Of a stretch of DNA of 64,000 bases, positions 1 through 8,496 are shown piece after piece. The notes beneath the pieces were generated by a model, which saw only the letters and a program-made list of their open reading frames with translations, was not told where the DNA came from and made no database searches. Made by a program: the position numbers and the translations under genes. Where the stretch lies: assembly GCA_963803805.1 (NCBI GenBank), contig CAWDOD010000002.1, forward strand, positions 224,001 to 288,000, written 5' to 3'. Position 1 is the first letter of the stretch, and each line of letters starts with the position of its first letter. This DNA is from an uncultured cyanobacterium. GTDB lineage: Bacteria > Cyanobacteriota > Cyanobacteriia > Cyanobacteriales > CAWCAG01.

Positions 1-1
1 G

Positions 2-796
2 GATGTGGGCTTAGCTGTAGGTGCGCTTGTTGCTATCGTCCTGAGTAGTTTGGGTAGCAGTTGGCTTAACCATCAAGCAATGCAGCCCATTGAAGAAAGC
101 TTTGAACGTCTCAAACAGTTTACTGCTGATGCTTCCCACGAACTACGAAGTCCCCTAATGGCAATTAGCACTAATGCAGAAGTAGCTTTGACTTATGCAG
201 AAGGAATGCGAGCTAGCGATGGTGAAAAATTCCAGGCGATCGCCTCGGCAATCGACCAAATGTCAAGGCTTACAGAAGATTTATTGCTTTTAACCCGAAC
301 CGACAGAGTTAGGGACTTTGAGTTTGAAAAAATCAATCTTACTGCTTTGCTAACAGCCTTAGTTAACTTGTACAAACCCCAAGCACAAGCTAAACAAATT
401 GAACTTAAAACTAAAGTTGAAAATGATTTATGGTTAATGGGGGATGAAGCTAAATTAACACGGGCCTTTACTAATTTAATTCAAAATGCCATTCAATACA
501 CTTCTGATGGTGGAGAAGTCCAAGTTATTGGCGATCGCATCGAGGGAGAAATTAAGGTAACAATAGCAGATACGGGGATCGGCATACCGAGAGAACATCT
601 CAATCTGGTTTTTGAGCGATTGTGGCGGGCAGACGGATCTCGCTCTTATTATGAGGGGGGGTCAGGTTTGGGTTTGGCAATTACCCAAGGGATTATTCGC
701 AACCATCGGGGAACAATTACTGTTACTAGCCAGCTAAATGTTGGCAGTTGTTTTGTTGTGTGTTTACCTGCTAGTGCAATCAATCTAAATTCTTAA
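2..796 (+). CDS. Two-component sensor histidine kinase (RppB/CopS-like), 5'-partial
   Basis: H-box FTADASHELRSPL, N-box NLIQNAIQY, G1 DTGIGI, G2 GSGLGLAI; frame is open to the window edge. Confidence 0.9.
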   Translation, partial: DVGLAVGALVAIVLSSLGSSWLNHQAMQPIEESFERLKQFTADASHELRSPLMAISTNAEVALTYAEGMRASDGEKFQAIASAIDQMSRLTEDLLLLTRTDRVRDFEFEKINLTALLTALVNLYKPQAQAKQIELKTKVENDLWLMGDEAKLTRAFTNLIQNAIQYTSDGGEVQVIGDRIEGEIKVTIADTGIGIPREHLNLVFERLWRADGSRSYYEGGSGLGLAITQGIIRNHRGTITVTSQLNVGSCFVVCLPASAINLNS

Positions 797-1673
797 ATAG
801 GAAAAATAACGCTACAGATAAATTATTTTTGTATTGCTTTTTTTGTTGCTCCTTGTTTTAGTTTAGCTGTGGGTAGTTTTAGTCTTTACTGGGGGACTAG
901 CCCCCCAGACCCGCATCTCAGGGAAACAAGTGTTTCCCTACAACCCTTCCTAACCGCTTCGCTCTTCGTTGGTTGTGTTTGGCTGGCTAATTTGGGGTTG
1001 GTCTATCGTCGGAATTAGACAGTAGTGGTAGGGCGCATTTAGATTTAGGCTCGTTGTTTAAATTGATATGTAGCAAATATTTAGGTGTTTTATATTATAT
1101 GAAATAGTAAAAATAACGCTACAAATGAATTATTTTTGTATCGCTTTTTTTGTTGCTCCTTGTTTTAGTTTAGCTGTGGGTAGTTTTAGTTTTATTGGGG
1201 GATTAACCCCCCAAACCCGCATCTCAGGGAAACAAGTGTTTCCCTACAACCCTTCCTAACCGCTTCGCTCTTCGTTGATTGTGTTTGGCTGGCTAATTTG
1301 GGGTTGCTCTATTGTCGGAATTAGACAGTAGTGGTAGGGCGCATTTAGATTTAGGCTCGTTGTTTAAATTGATATGTAGCAAATATTTAGGTGTTTTATA
1401 TTATATGAAATAGTAAAAATAACGCTACAAATGAATTATTTTTGTATCGCTTTTTTTGTTGCTCCTTGTTTTAGTTTAGCTGTGGGTAGTTTTAGTTTTA
1501 TTGGGGGATTAACCCCCCAAACCCGCATCTCAGGGAAACAAGTGTTTCCCTACAACCCTTCCTAACCGCTTCGCTCTTCGTTGATTGTGTTTGGCTGGCT
1601 AATTTGGGGTTGCTCTATTGTCGGAGATAGACCTCGTGGTAGGACGCATTTGGACTTGGGATCGTTATTTAAA
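795..1673. repeat. Tandem array of a ~306-bp unit (~2.9 copies) with GC-rich hairpins
   Basis: GGGAAACAAGTGTTTCCC recurs at 921, 1227 and 1533 (period 306). Copies 2 and 3 are near-identical and copy 1 has several SNPs. The last unit diverges after ~1625 and homology stops at TTTAAA ~1673. Confidence 0.95.
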
Positions 1674-1809
1674 AGGTGACTTTAGCTACATAGATTTGCA
1701 AAAAATTTATCCTTTTTTTAATGGGGCTGGATTATTATTTCTAGCTGTAACAGGTATCTCAATATGGTGGAAGATGCGACGTGTTTCTAGAGATAATTCA
1801 AGAAATTGA
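1672..1809 (+). pseudogene. 3' remnant of a small PepSY-associated TM-helix-type membrane protein, 5' half replaced by the repeat array
   Basis: KGDFSYIDLQKIYPFFNGAGLLFLAVTGISIWWKMRR resembles the C-terminus of small cyanobacterial proteins (HKGxFGxxxLxxIYPFLNxLGLL..TG..MW); the upstream in-frame sequence is repeat-derived. Confidence 0.6.
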
Positions 1810-1928
1810 TATTAATATTTTTAGTTGAGCGATTGCTTTTGCTATCAAAGTTGCTCAAAATCTTGCTAAGTTCTTGACATTTATTTTCTAAAGTTAAAGT
1901 ATCAAAAGTTATAAAGATTTTAACTGTC

Positions 1929-2273
1929 ATGAAAAGCTCTCTTCTTAAAAAAATCTTGTCTGCTGTCTCTATTTCAGCCACCCTCTCTTTATTTAGTGGT
2001 TTGCCTGTTTTAGCCCAGGTGAAAGATACAACTACACTTAATCGTTCCATCACACCTTTTTCTTTAGTATCTCAGGCTCAAGAAGGACGCTTGCAAAGGC
2101 AAGGAATTCCTGGTTATGGAGCTTTAGCCACTAAATATATGCTGCACCAAGTAACTGCTGAAAGTTTAGTTCAAGCAGGAATTGATGCTCATTTGATTCC
2201 TACTCAAACTCTACAAAATCAAGGCTATATAAATGCTGTTAATTCTCAGCTTCAGCAGAGAATAAATGATTAA
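1929..2273 (+). CDS. Hypothetical secreted protein
   Basis: Signal peptide ending PVLA|Q; ITPFSLV...GIPGYG motif of a small cyanobacterial family. Confidence 0.75.
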   Translation: MKSSLLKKILSAVSISATLSLFSGLPVLAQVKDTTTLNRSITPFSLVSQAQEGRLQRQGIPGYGALATKYMLHQVTAESLVQAGIDAHLIPTQTLQNQGYINAVNSQLQQRIND

Positions 2274-2316
2274 GAAATTTAATTTATAATCCTTCATTTA
2301 GCAAGTAGGAAAAATA

Positions 2317-3054
2317 GTGAATAAACTGCCACAAATCACCGCTTTCTTCTGGATCATGAAAATATGTGCAACTACTCTAGGAGAAACCGCAGGGGATCTT
2401 TTATCAATGACTCTAAACGTGGGCTATGCAGTTAGTTCAATTATCTTGATTGGAGTGTTTTTAACAACTCTGGCTACTCAATTAGTTTCAAAAAGTTATA
2501 ACCCTTTACTTTACTGGACTGTCATTCTTTCAACTAGTACTGCCGGTACAACAATGTCAGATTATATGAATCGCAGTTTAGGATTTGGCTATGCTAAAGG
2601 ATCGATAATTTTAGTTACTATTCTTTTCGTAATTTTATTGTTCTGGCAATTGACTATTGGCTCTTTATCAGTCACTGATATTAAAACCTTTAAAGTTGAG
2701 TTGCTTTATTGGAGTGCCATTCTCTTTTCCAATACTCTAGGTACTTCCTTGGGAGATTTTTTAGCTGATAGTTCTGGACTTGGATTTGCAGGGGGAGCTA
2801 TCCTAATTGCTAGTTTACTTGCTCTAGTTTTAGCTGCCCATTATTATACCAAAATTTCCGCAATTATCTTGTTTTGGATTGCCTTTGTTTTAACCCGCCC
2901 CCTTGGGGCAACAATGGGAGATTTTTTGACCAAAACATCTGATAAAGGTGGTCTTGGTTATGGTACAATTGGCTCATCTATAGTTCTTGTATCAATACTT
3001 GGAGTTTGTATTGTATTCACAACTCTAAAGCACAGAAGAAGAGAAATACTTTAG
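2317..3054 (+). CDS. COG4705 (DUF347-repeat) membrane protein
   Basis: KLPQITAFFWIMKICATTLGETAGD and LTRPLGATMGDFLTK motifs. Confidence 0.85.
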   Translation: MNKLPQITAFFWIMKICATTLGETAGDLLSMTLNVGYAVSSIILIGVFLTTLATQLVSKSYNPLLYWTVILSTSTAGTTMSDYMNRSLGFGYAKGSIILVTILFVILLFWQLTIGSLSVTDIKTFKVELLYWSAILFSNTLGTSLGDFLADSSGLGFAGGAILIASLLALVLAAHYYTKISAIILFWIAFVLTRPLGATMGDFLTKTSDKGGLGYGTIGSSIVLVSILGVCIVFTTLKHRRREIL

Positions 3055-3064
3055 TTTGTTTGGT

Positions 3065-4909
3065 TTATTTTTCTGGGCTTAGCACAAAGTTTTGACTGCT
3101 TTTTTGTATTTTTAAAGGCTTTTTGTTCTGGGCCAGTTTGAGAGGTGGTCTTTGTTCTTTACACCATTTTAATGCTTCCTCTAAATCGAGAAAATCTTTA
3201 GTCAAATTCTCATTGCTATCCCAAGCTTCTCCTTTAATTAAAAACTCTTTAATTGTTGATTCTAAATTAGTAAAAATCAGCTCAATCTGATGATTTTTCG
3301 CAAGTTTGAAAATCTTAGTGAAACTAAGGACAGCAGAAGAATCAAGGCTATTAACTGCACTAAAATCAAAAATAATAAAATTCACCTTGTGTACTTCATT
3401 GGTTGCTAATCTTTGACGAACTTTGTTAAGCAAGTTGTTGGCTGTACCGAAGAAGATTGCTCCTTGGAGTTGGAGAATATAAATTTGTTCTTCTTGTTCT
3501 CTGGTTAGTTGGTTTAGCTTAATATAATCTTGACCAGAATATTCTTGCTTGACAACCTCGATTTTACTATAATTAAGAGCAAACAAAAATACAGCTAATG
3601 AAAAGCCAACTAATACCCCTTCTAAAAAGCCCACAGTGTTGATAATTACGACAATAACCAAAATAATTAAATATTCAGCTAAGGGAAACTTAAACCAAGT
3701 TTGATAGAGCCATTTAATAGATAAATCTAAACCAAGATAAAACAATAAGCTGCCAATAATTGGTTTAGGAAAAACAGCTAAAAAAGAAGAGCCAAGCAAT
3801 AAGACGGCGGCGCAAGGAATAGTTTTGAAAACTCCAGCTAAGCGATTATTTGCTCCCATTTGGTGAACTAAGATGGTACTAGGTAAAGCTTGGTTGCCTA
3901 CCATACCACTTCCTAAACCCGCAGCGATGTTAGCTAAGCCAACAGCTTGCAACTCTTGGTTAAGATCAACTTCTTTATCTACTGCTAATTCAATGCCACT
4001 ATTAGTTAACACTAAAGAGATTAAGCTAATTAACATTACTGTCGCAATGGTGGCTGCTTGATTGGCAATGATTGAGAAATCAACTTGCTGCAAAGTCTTC
4101 CAGGTTAAGGGTTGCCATAATCCACCTTCAGGAAATGGCCCCAATAACCAACCTGCTGCCCTTGCTTCAGGAAGAGATGTGTTTGTAACTAAGAGAATAA
4201 GGTAAAAAATTCCTGTTGCCGTTACCATTATCCCTGGCATGATGAGGAAATGCTGATAGTATTTAAAAGCAACGAGCAAAACCAGCCCCAGAATTAAGCC
4301 AGAAAGCCACTGCCCAACCATATCTCCTTGCAATAAGCAAGGTATATTGCTGAGGGTAAGATGTTCCCCGGTTAGCACCTGAATTGCCCCCCGAATCAAT
4401 AAAAATCCTGTTCCCGCCATAAAACCTCCCACTACAGGATAGGGGATGAATTGGGTGGCTTTGCCGAGATGCAGTTTACCTAATATGAACAAAAAGATTC
4501 CTGTCACCAGGGAACTAATAGCAATAGCAGCAACTACAGTTACTAGAATTTCCTCCCTCGTCCCTGTGAGCATATTTTCTGCGATCGCTGCTGCTAAGAT
4601 AGCTAAAATAGCTGTAGGTGCAGCTAAAGGAGTGGCAATCATACCAGGAAGAGAACTTAGCAAAGCTACGACAATGCTAATAGCGGCTGTACTAAATACA
4701 GCAATACCGACTCCGATAGTGAGATGATCAGAAAGACTGCCAGAGAAAATCAAGGCGGCATAGGAGATTGCCCTGATTACGCCAATTACCCCTGTAAGTA
4801 CACCCGCTATTACGCTAGGGATTAGTTTATTGGGATGCAACTCGGCAATTAGGGTAGATTTTGGCTGGTGTTTCTGTTCTTCGCTCAGTACCGCTTCTAA
4901 TTGTGTCAT
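3065..4909 (-). CDS. SulP family inorganic anion transporter with STAS domain
   Basis: FIPYPVVGGFMAG; many TM helices; STAS LQGAIFFGTAN...DFSAVNSLDSSA. Confidence 0.9.
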   Translation of the reverse strand: MTQLEAVLSEEQKHQPKSTLIAELHPNKLIPSVIAGVLTGVIGVIRAISYAALIFSGSLSDHLTIGVGIAVFSTAAISIVVALLSSLPGMIATPLAAPTAILAILAAAIAENMLTGTREEILVTVVAAIAISSLVTGIFLFILGKLHLGKATQFIPYPVVGGFMAGTGFLLIRGAIQVLTGEHLTLSNIPCLLQGDMVGQWLSGLILGLVLLVAFKYYQHFLIMPGIMVTATGIFYLILLVTNTSLPEARAAGWLLGPFPEGGLWQPLTWKTLQQVDFSIIANQAATIATVMLISLISLVLTNSGIELAVDKEVDLNQELQAVGLANIAAGLGSGMVGNQALPSTILVHQMGANNRLAGVFKTIPCAAVLLLGSSFLAVFPKPIIGSLLFYLGLDLSIKWLYQTWFKFPLAEYLIILVIVVIINTVGFLEGVLVGFSLAVFLFALNYSKIEVVKQEYSGQDYIKLNQLTREQEEQIYILQLQGAIFFGTANNLLNKVRQRLATNEVHKVNFIIFDFSAVNSLDSSAVLSFTKIFKLAKNHQIELIFTNLESTIKEFLIKGEAWDSNENLTKDFLDLEEALKWCKEQRPPLKLAQNKKPLKIQKSSQNFVLSPEK

Positions 4910-5062
4910 AGGTTTTTGAGCAGGGTTTTCCTTTTTTCAAAAGTTTATGTTGTTACTAAATCTCGAATGAGTAAAATTACTTTTAGCTCAATTATATTAA
5001 CTTAGAATTTGTCATTAATTGTCAAGAGGTGGCTAGAAATGAATTTTATTAATCCTGAACAA

Positions 5063-5284
5063 GTGCCAGAAATAAATAAAGCTTTTTAGATGGCTAACTT
5101 AGTAGATTTGAATCGCTAAGAAATAAAAAAACTGCATAAGCCAGGATTACTTATTAATGCTAAAAAAGGAGTGATTAGTTTAGGCAAATAAGAAATAGCT
5201 CGTCAATTATTAGATGTTATTAATAATAGTACCATTGCTAAAACTACAGGTTTAACTATTGAAGAAGTAAAAAAAATGCGTTAA
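5063..5284 (+). pseudogene. Degenerate C-terminal fragment of an Rpn-family (recombination-promoting nuclease/putative transposase) gene
   Basis: One frame reads VPEINKAF*MANLVDLNR*EIKKLHKPGLLINAKKGVISLGK*EIARQLLDVINNSTIAKTTGLTIEEVKKMR*, with 3 internal stops and a typical IAxxTGLxxEEV tail. Confidence 0.7.
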
Positions 5285-5353
5285 ATTCTTTTGGTGAGTG
5301 TAATTTTGTATCTTGAGGTCAAAGTTAATACTTAATTCGTAGATAATAAGATA

Positions 5354-6160
5354 ATGAAAAACCAGATTACTGTATTTATTATAGTCTTTAGCTCTTGTAT
5401 TGCTTGGAGTATCTTTGGTAATTCTGTTTCTGCTTGGATTTACTTGAGTCTAACCCAAATTAATATTCCAGTTCCGATTATACAACTTGCTTTGCTGGTA
5501 TTGCCTCTGATTCTGCTACTTGAGGTTGTTCTAAAATTCATCTTATGGCAAACACTACCTCCTTTAAAGTTTATTCCTACTCAAGCTGAGTCGTGGGAGA
5601 ATATTAACCAAGAGGAATTAACTCGTTATACCTCCGAACTAGAAAACCTGGGTTTTTTCCAGTTAACTGATTATACCTTTCCATCTAGTCAGAATGTAGC
5701 AAGATTGTTTGCCCATCCTCAAGCATTTTGCTTTGCAGAAATTGGCATACCGAGAAATCAACCCGTGTTCTGTAGTATTTCTTGCCATCTCGAAAATAAC
5801 TGGGTATTAGCCGTAACAGATATATCTTCTCAAACTATTGTATGGGCTGTATGGTACGCATTTTTCCGACAACCTCATTGTCTAGTAAAACAATTTGAGG
5901 ATAATTCAATTAATGTACTTTTTCAAGCCATATTAGACTGGCGTAAACAGGTATCAAGAGACTTGGATTTAAAAGTTATGCAAGATGTTACAGTTGAGAC
6001 TTACTTTGAAAGAGAAAATAGAAATAGAAAAGAACAAAGACATTCTCTACTTTTTAAAAGTATTACTTGGGCATTATTAGAAGTGTTGTGGTTTTCTCGT
6101 AATCCTCAATCTGAGTGGTTGGGAAATTACTCTAAGTTTAAACAAAACAGTAAAGCCTAA
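5354..6160 (+). CDS. Hypothetical membrane-anchored protein
   Basis: 268-aa ORF, two N-terminal TM segments, then a LENLGF..LTDY soluble domain. Confidence 0.7.
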   Translation: MKNQITVFIIVFSSCIAWSIFGNSVSAWIYLSLTQINIPVPIIQLALLVLPLILLLEVVLKFILWQTLPPLKFIPTQAESWENINQEELTRYTSELENLGFFQLTDYTFPSSQNVARLFAHPQAFCFAEIGIPRNQPVFCSISCHLENNWVLAVTDISSQTIVWAVWYAFFRQPHCLVKQFEDNSINVLFQAILDWRKQVSRDLDLKVMQDVTVETYFERENRNRKEQRHSLLFKSITWALLEVLWFSRNPQSEWLGNYSKFKQNSKA

Positions 6161-6197
6161 CTCTTATCATTTATCGTTTAACTAATTACCGATGATA

Positions 6198-8435
6198 TCA
6201 ACTCATCACCCTCAATTGTTCTTGCCGACGATTGAGACTATCACACAACAAACGAACAATATATTCTTGCAAATTAGTTGCTAACTCTGGTGCTTCTTGC
6301 TTCATGGTTTCAAAAGCACTTTCAGATAAATAGTAAAGCTTGCTGGGAGTATCAGTTATCACATAAGTTGAAAGGGGAACTTTGCCATAAAATCGCATTT
6401 CTCCTAACAAGCTTCCTGCGGTTAAAGTTTGCAACCTTTTAGTTTTTTCTGTCCTTAATTCCAGTAAAACGCTAACTTGGCCAGTTTCAAGGAAATATAA
6501 ACCTTGATCTGCTTTTTCTGGACGGAAGATATAATGCTTAGCGGCAACTTCTTGAGGTTCTAAATAGTTAACAAATTGATTAACTTGTTCTGGTTGCAAA
6601 AATAACTTGATTAATTGTTCTGATAATCGATTAGGAAACTTGGTGATGATATTTTCTTGCTTAATTAATTGGTTTTCACACCACTCCAAACCGCGATCTA
6701 TATCAGAGAAGATCAGACATTGTGAACTATCTAGTTCTAAACCTTGACCTTTAATAAGTTTGCTTTTAAAATCATCGTTGAGATTGGTAAACAGTAAAGT
6801 TAGCTCATTTTTACGAGCTATTTTCCAGATTTTGTTAAAACTCAAAACCGCAGAAGCATCTAAACCGGTAACTTGATGAAAATCAATAATCACAAAACTC
6901 AAAGGTGCTTCAGACTCTACCCGATTTCGCACTCTAGTTAAAAGGTAATTAGCAGTACCAAAAAAGAGATACCCTTGTAATTCTAGAATGAAAGTTTGTT
7001 CTCCTTTTGTTGCTAGTAATTTTCTTTGTTCTGGGATGCGGTCTACATTACTTTTGGTTGAATTTCCTGAGAGAACTTTTTTGGCAACATCAATCTGGCT
7101 ATAGTCGTACATAAATAGAACGACAGAGATAACAAAGCCAAGGAAAACTCCTTCTAAAAAACCGACTGTGTTGATAACTATTAAGGTAATAATAACTGTT
7201 AGATAATCAAGCCAAGATAACTTAAACCAGCCTTCATAAACCCATTGAATTAGTAAAGAAATTCCGAGATAAAGTAACAAACTACCCAGGACAGGTTTAG
7301 GAAAAAAAGATAAAAAAGAAGAACCTAACATCAAAACTGCAAGACAAGGAATTGCTGTCACAATTCCTGTTAAACGGCTATTACCACCAATTTTATTAAC
7401 TAATAAAGTACTGGGTAAAGCTTGGTTTCCGACCATGCCACTACCAAATCCTGCTGCTAAGTTGGCTAAACCTACAGCTTTTAATTCCTTGTCTAACTTC
7501 AAATCCTTTCCTACTACCAACTCTATGCCACTATTACTCAGCATCAAAGAAAGGAGACTAATTACCATTAAAGTTGCGATCGCACCACTTTGGGAAGCAA
7601 TAACAGACCAATCAACCTCACCTAAAGTATTCCAAGTTAGGGGTTGCCACAAACCCCCTTCAGGAAAAGGCCCCAACAACCAACCATTATCCCTCGCAAC
7701 GTCTATATTAGTGGAGGTTGCCCATAAAGTTAAGTAAAATAATACCACTGAAGCCAGTAGAGTTCCTGGCATCACCGAAAAGTGTTGATAGCGACGAGAA
7801 ATGAGCAATAAAATGAGGGCAAAACTTAAACCAGAAAGCCAGTGAAATAAAATTTCTGGTTGCCAAATCAAGGTAAAATGCTCCCAGGTTAAAGGTTCAT
7901 CAGTCATAACCTGAAAAGCCCCTCGAACTAATAACCAACCAGTTCCTGCCATAAACCCACCCACTACCGGATAAGGAATAAAACGAATTTTTTTCCCTAA
8001 CTTAAAGTTGCCCAACAACCACAAAAAGCCTCCTGTTAAGACTGAAGCAAGGGCGATGGCAGTTAAGACAGTAGCAAGTACTGCTGAACTAGAGGCATCA
8101 GTCATTTGGGTGGCTATGGCAGCGGTGAACATAGCGATTATGGCACTGGGGGCAGCTAAAGGTGTGGCGATCGCCCCAGGAAGCCCGCTAGTTAAGGCGA
8201 AAACACTACTAACTATGGCAGTACTCAAAACCGCCATTCCCACCCCAGTGGAAAGATGAACCCCAAGGGAACCAGAAAAAATTAAGGCAGCATAGGAAAT
8301 AGAACGAATTACCCCGATTAAACCTGTTACCAAACCAGCCGTTACAGTGGGTATAAGTTTGTCCGGCTGAAATTCTCCTACTAAGTTTGAAAGCCTTGGT
8401 TCAAAATCAGTTTCGATTGTTCCTTGTTGAGTCAT
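6198..8435 (-). CDS. SulP family anion transporter with STAS and cyclic-nucleotide-binding domains
   Basis: FIPYPVVGGFMAG; STAS LQGYLFFGTAN; C-terminal cNMP motif LYFLETGQV..GSLLGEM. Confidence 0.9.
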   Translation of the reverse strand: MTQQGTIETDFEPRLSNLVGEFQPDKLIPTVTAGLVTGLIGVIRSISYAALIFSGSLGVHLSTGVGMAVLSTAIVSSVFALTSGLPGAIATPLAAPSAIIAMFTAAIATQMTDASSSAVLATVLTAIALASVLTGGFLWLLGNFKLGKKIRFIPYPVVGGFMAGTGWLLVRGAFQVMTDEPLTWEHFTLIWQPEILFHWLSGLSFALILLLISRRYQHFSVMPGTLLASVVLFYLTLWATSTNIDVARDNGWLLGPFPEGGLWQPLTWNTLGEVDWSVIASQSGAIATLMVISLLSLMLSNSGIELVVGKDLKLDKELKAVGLANLAAGFGSGMVGNQALPSTLLVNKIGGNSRLTGIVTAIPCLAVLMLGSSFLSFFPKPVLGSLLLYLGISLLIQWVYEGWFKLSWLDYLTVIITLIVINTVGFLEGVFLGFVISVVLFMYDYSQIDVAKKVLSGNSTKSNVDRIPEQRKLLATKGEQTFILELQGYLFFGTANYLLTRVRNRVESEAPLSFVIIDFHQVTGLDASAVLSFNKIWKIARKNELTLLFTNLNDDFKSKLIKGQGLELDSSQCLIFSDIDRGLEWCENQLIKQENIITKFPNRLSEQLIKLFLQPEQVNQFVNYLEPQEVAAKHYIFRPEKADQGLYFLETGQVSVLLELRTEKTKRLQTLTAGSLLGEMRFYGKVPLSTYVITDTPSKLYYLSESAFETMKQEAPELATNLQEYIVRLLCDSLNRRQEQLRVMS

Positions 8436-8496
8436 ACAAAGTCCGGTTGAAGAACATAAAGAAAAATGCTACAAGACTAACAATTAGCTATGAGAA

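Noticed and set aside
1047-1066. GGCTCGTTGTTTAAAT as an IS903-like terminal inverted repeat
   Set aside because: Only loosely similar; no inverted partner or transposase found
795-1673. CRISPR array or DGR template/variable repeat
   Set aside because: Units are 306 bp and contiguous with no unique spacers; differences are not adenine-specific; no cas or reverse transcriptase gene in the window
3873-8259. Short antisense ORFs (e.g. 3873-4061, 4446-4727, 7435-7737, 8008-8259) and similar ones elsewhere in the ORF track
   Set aside because: Shadow ORFs opposite well-supported genes, with no recognisable motifs
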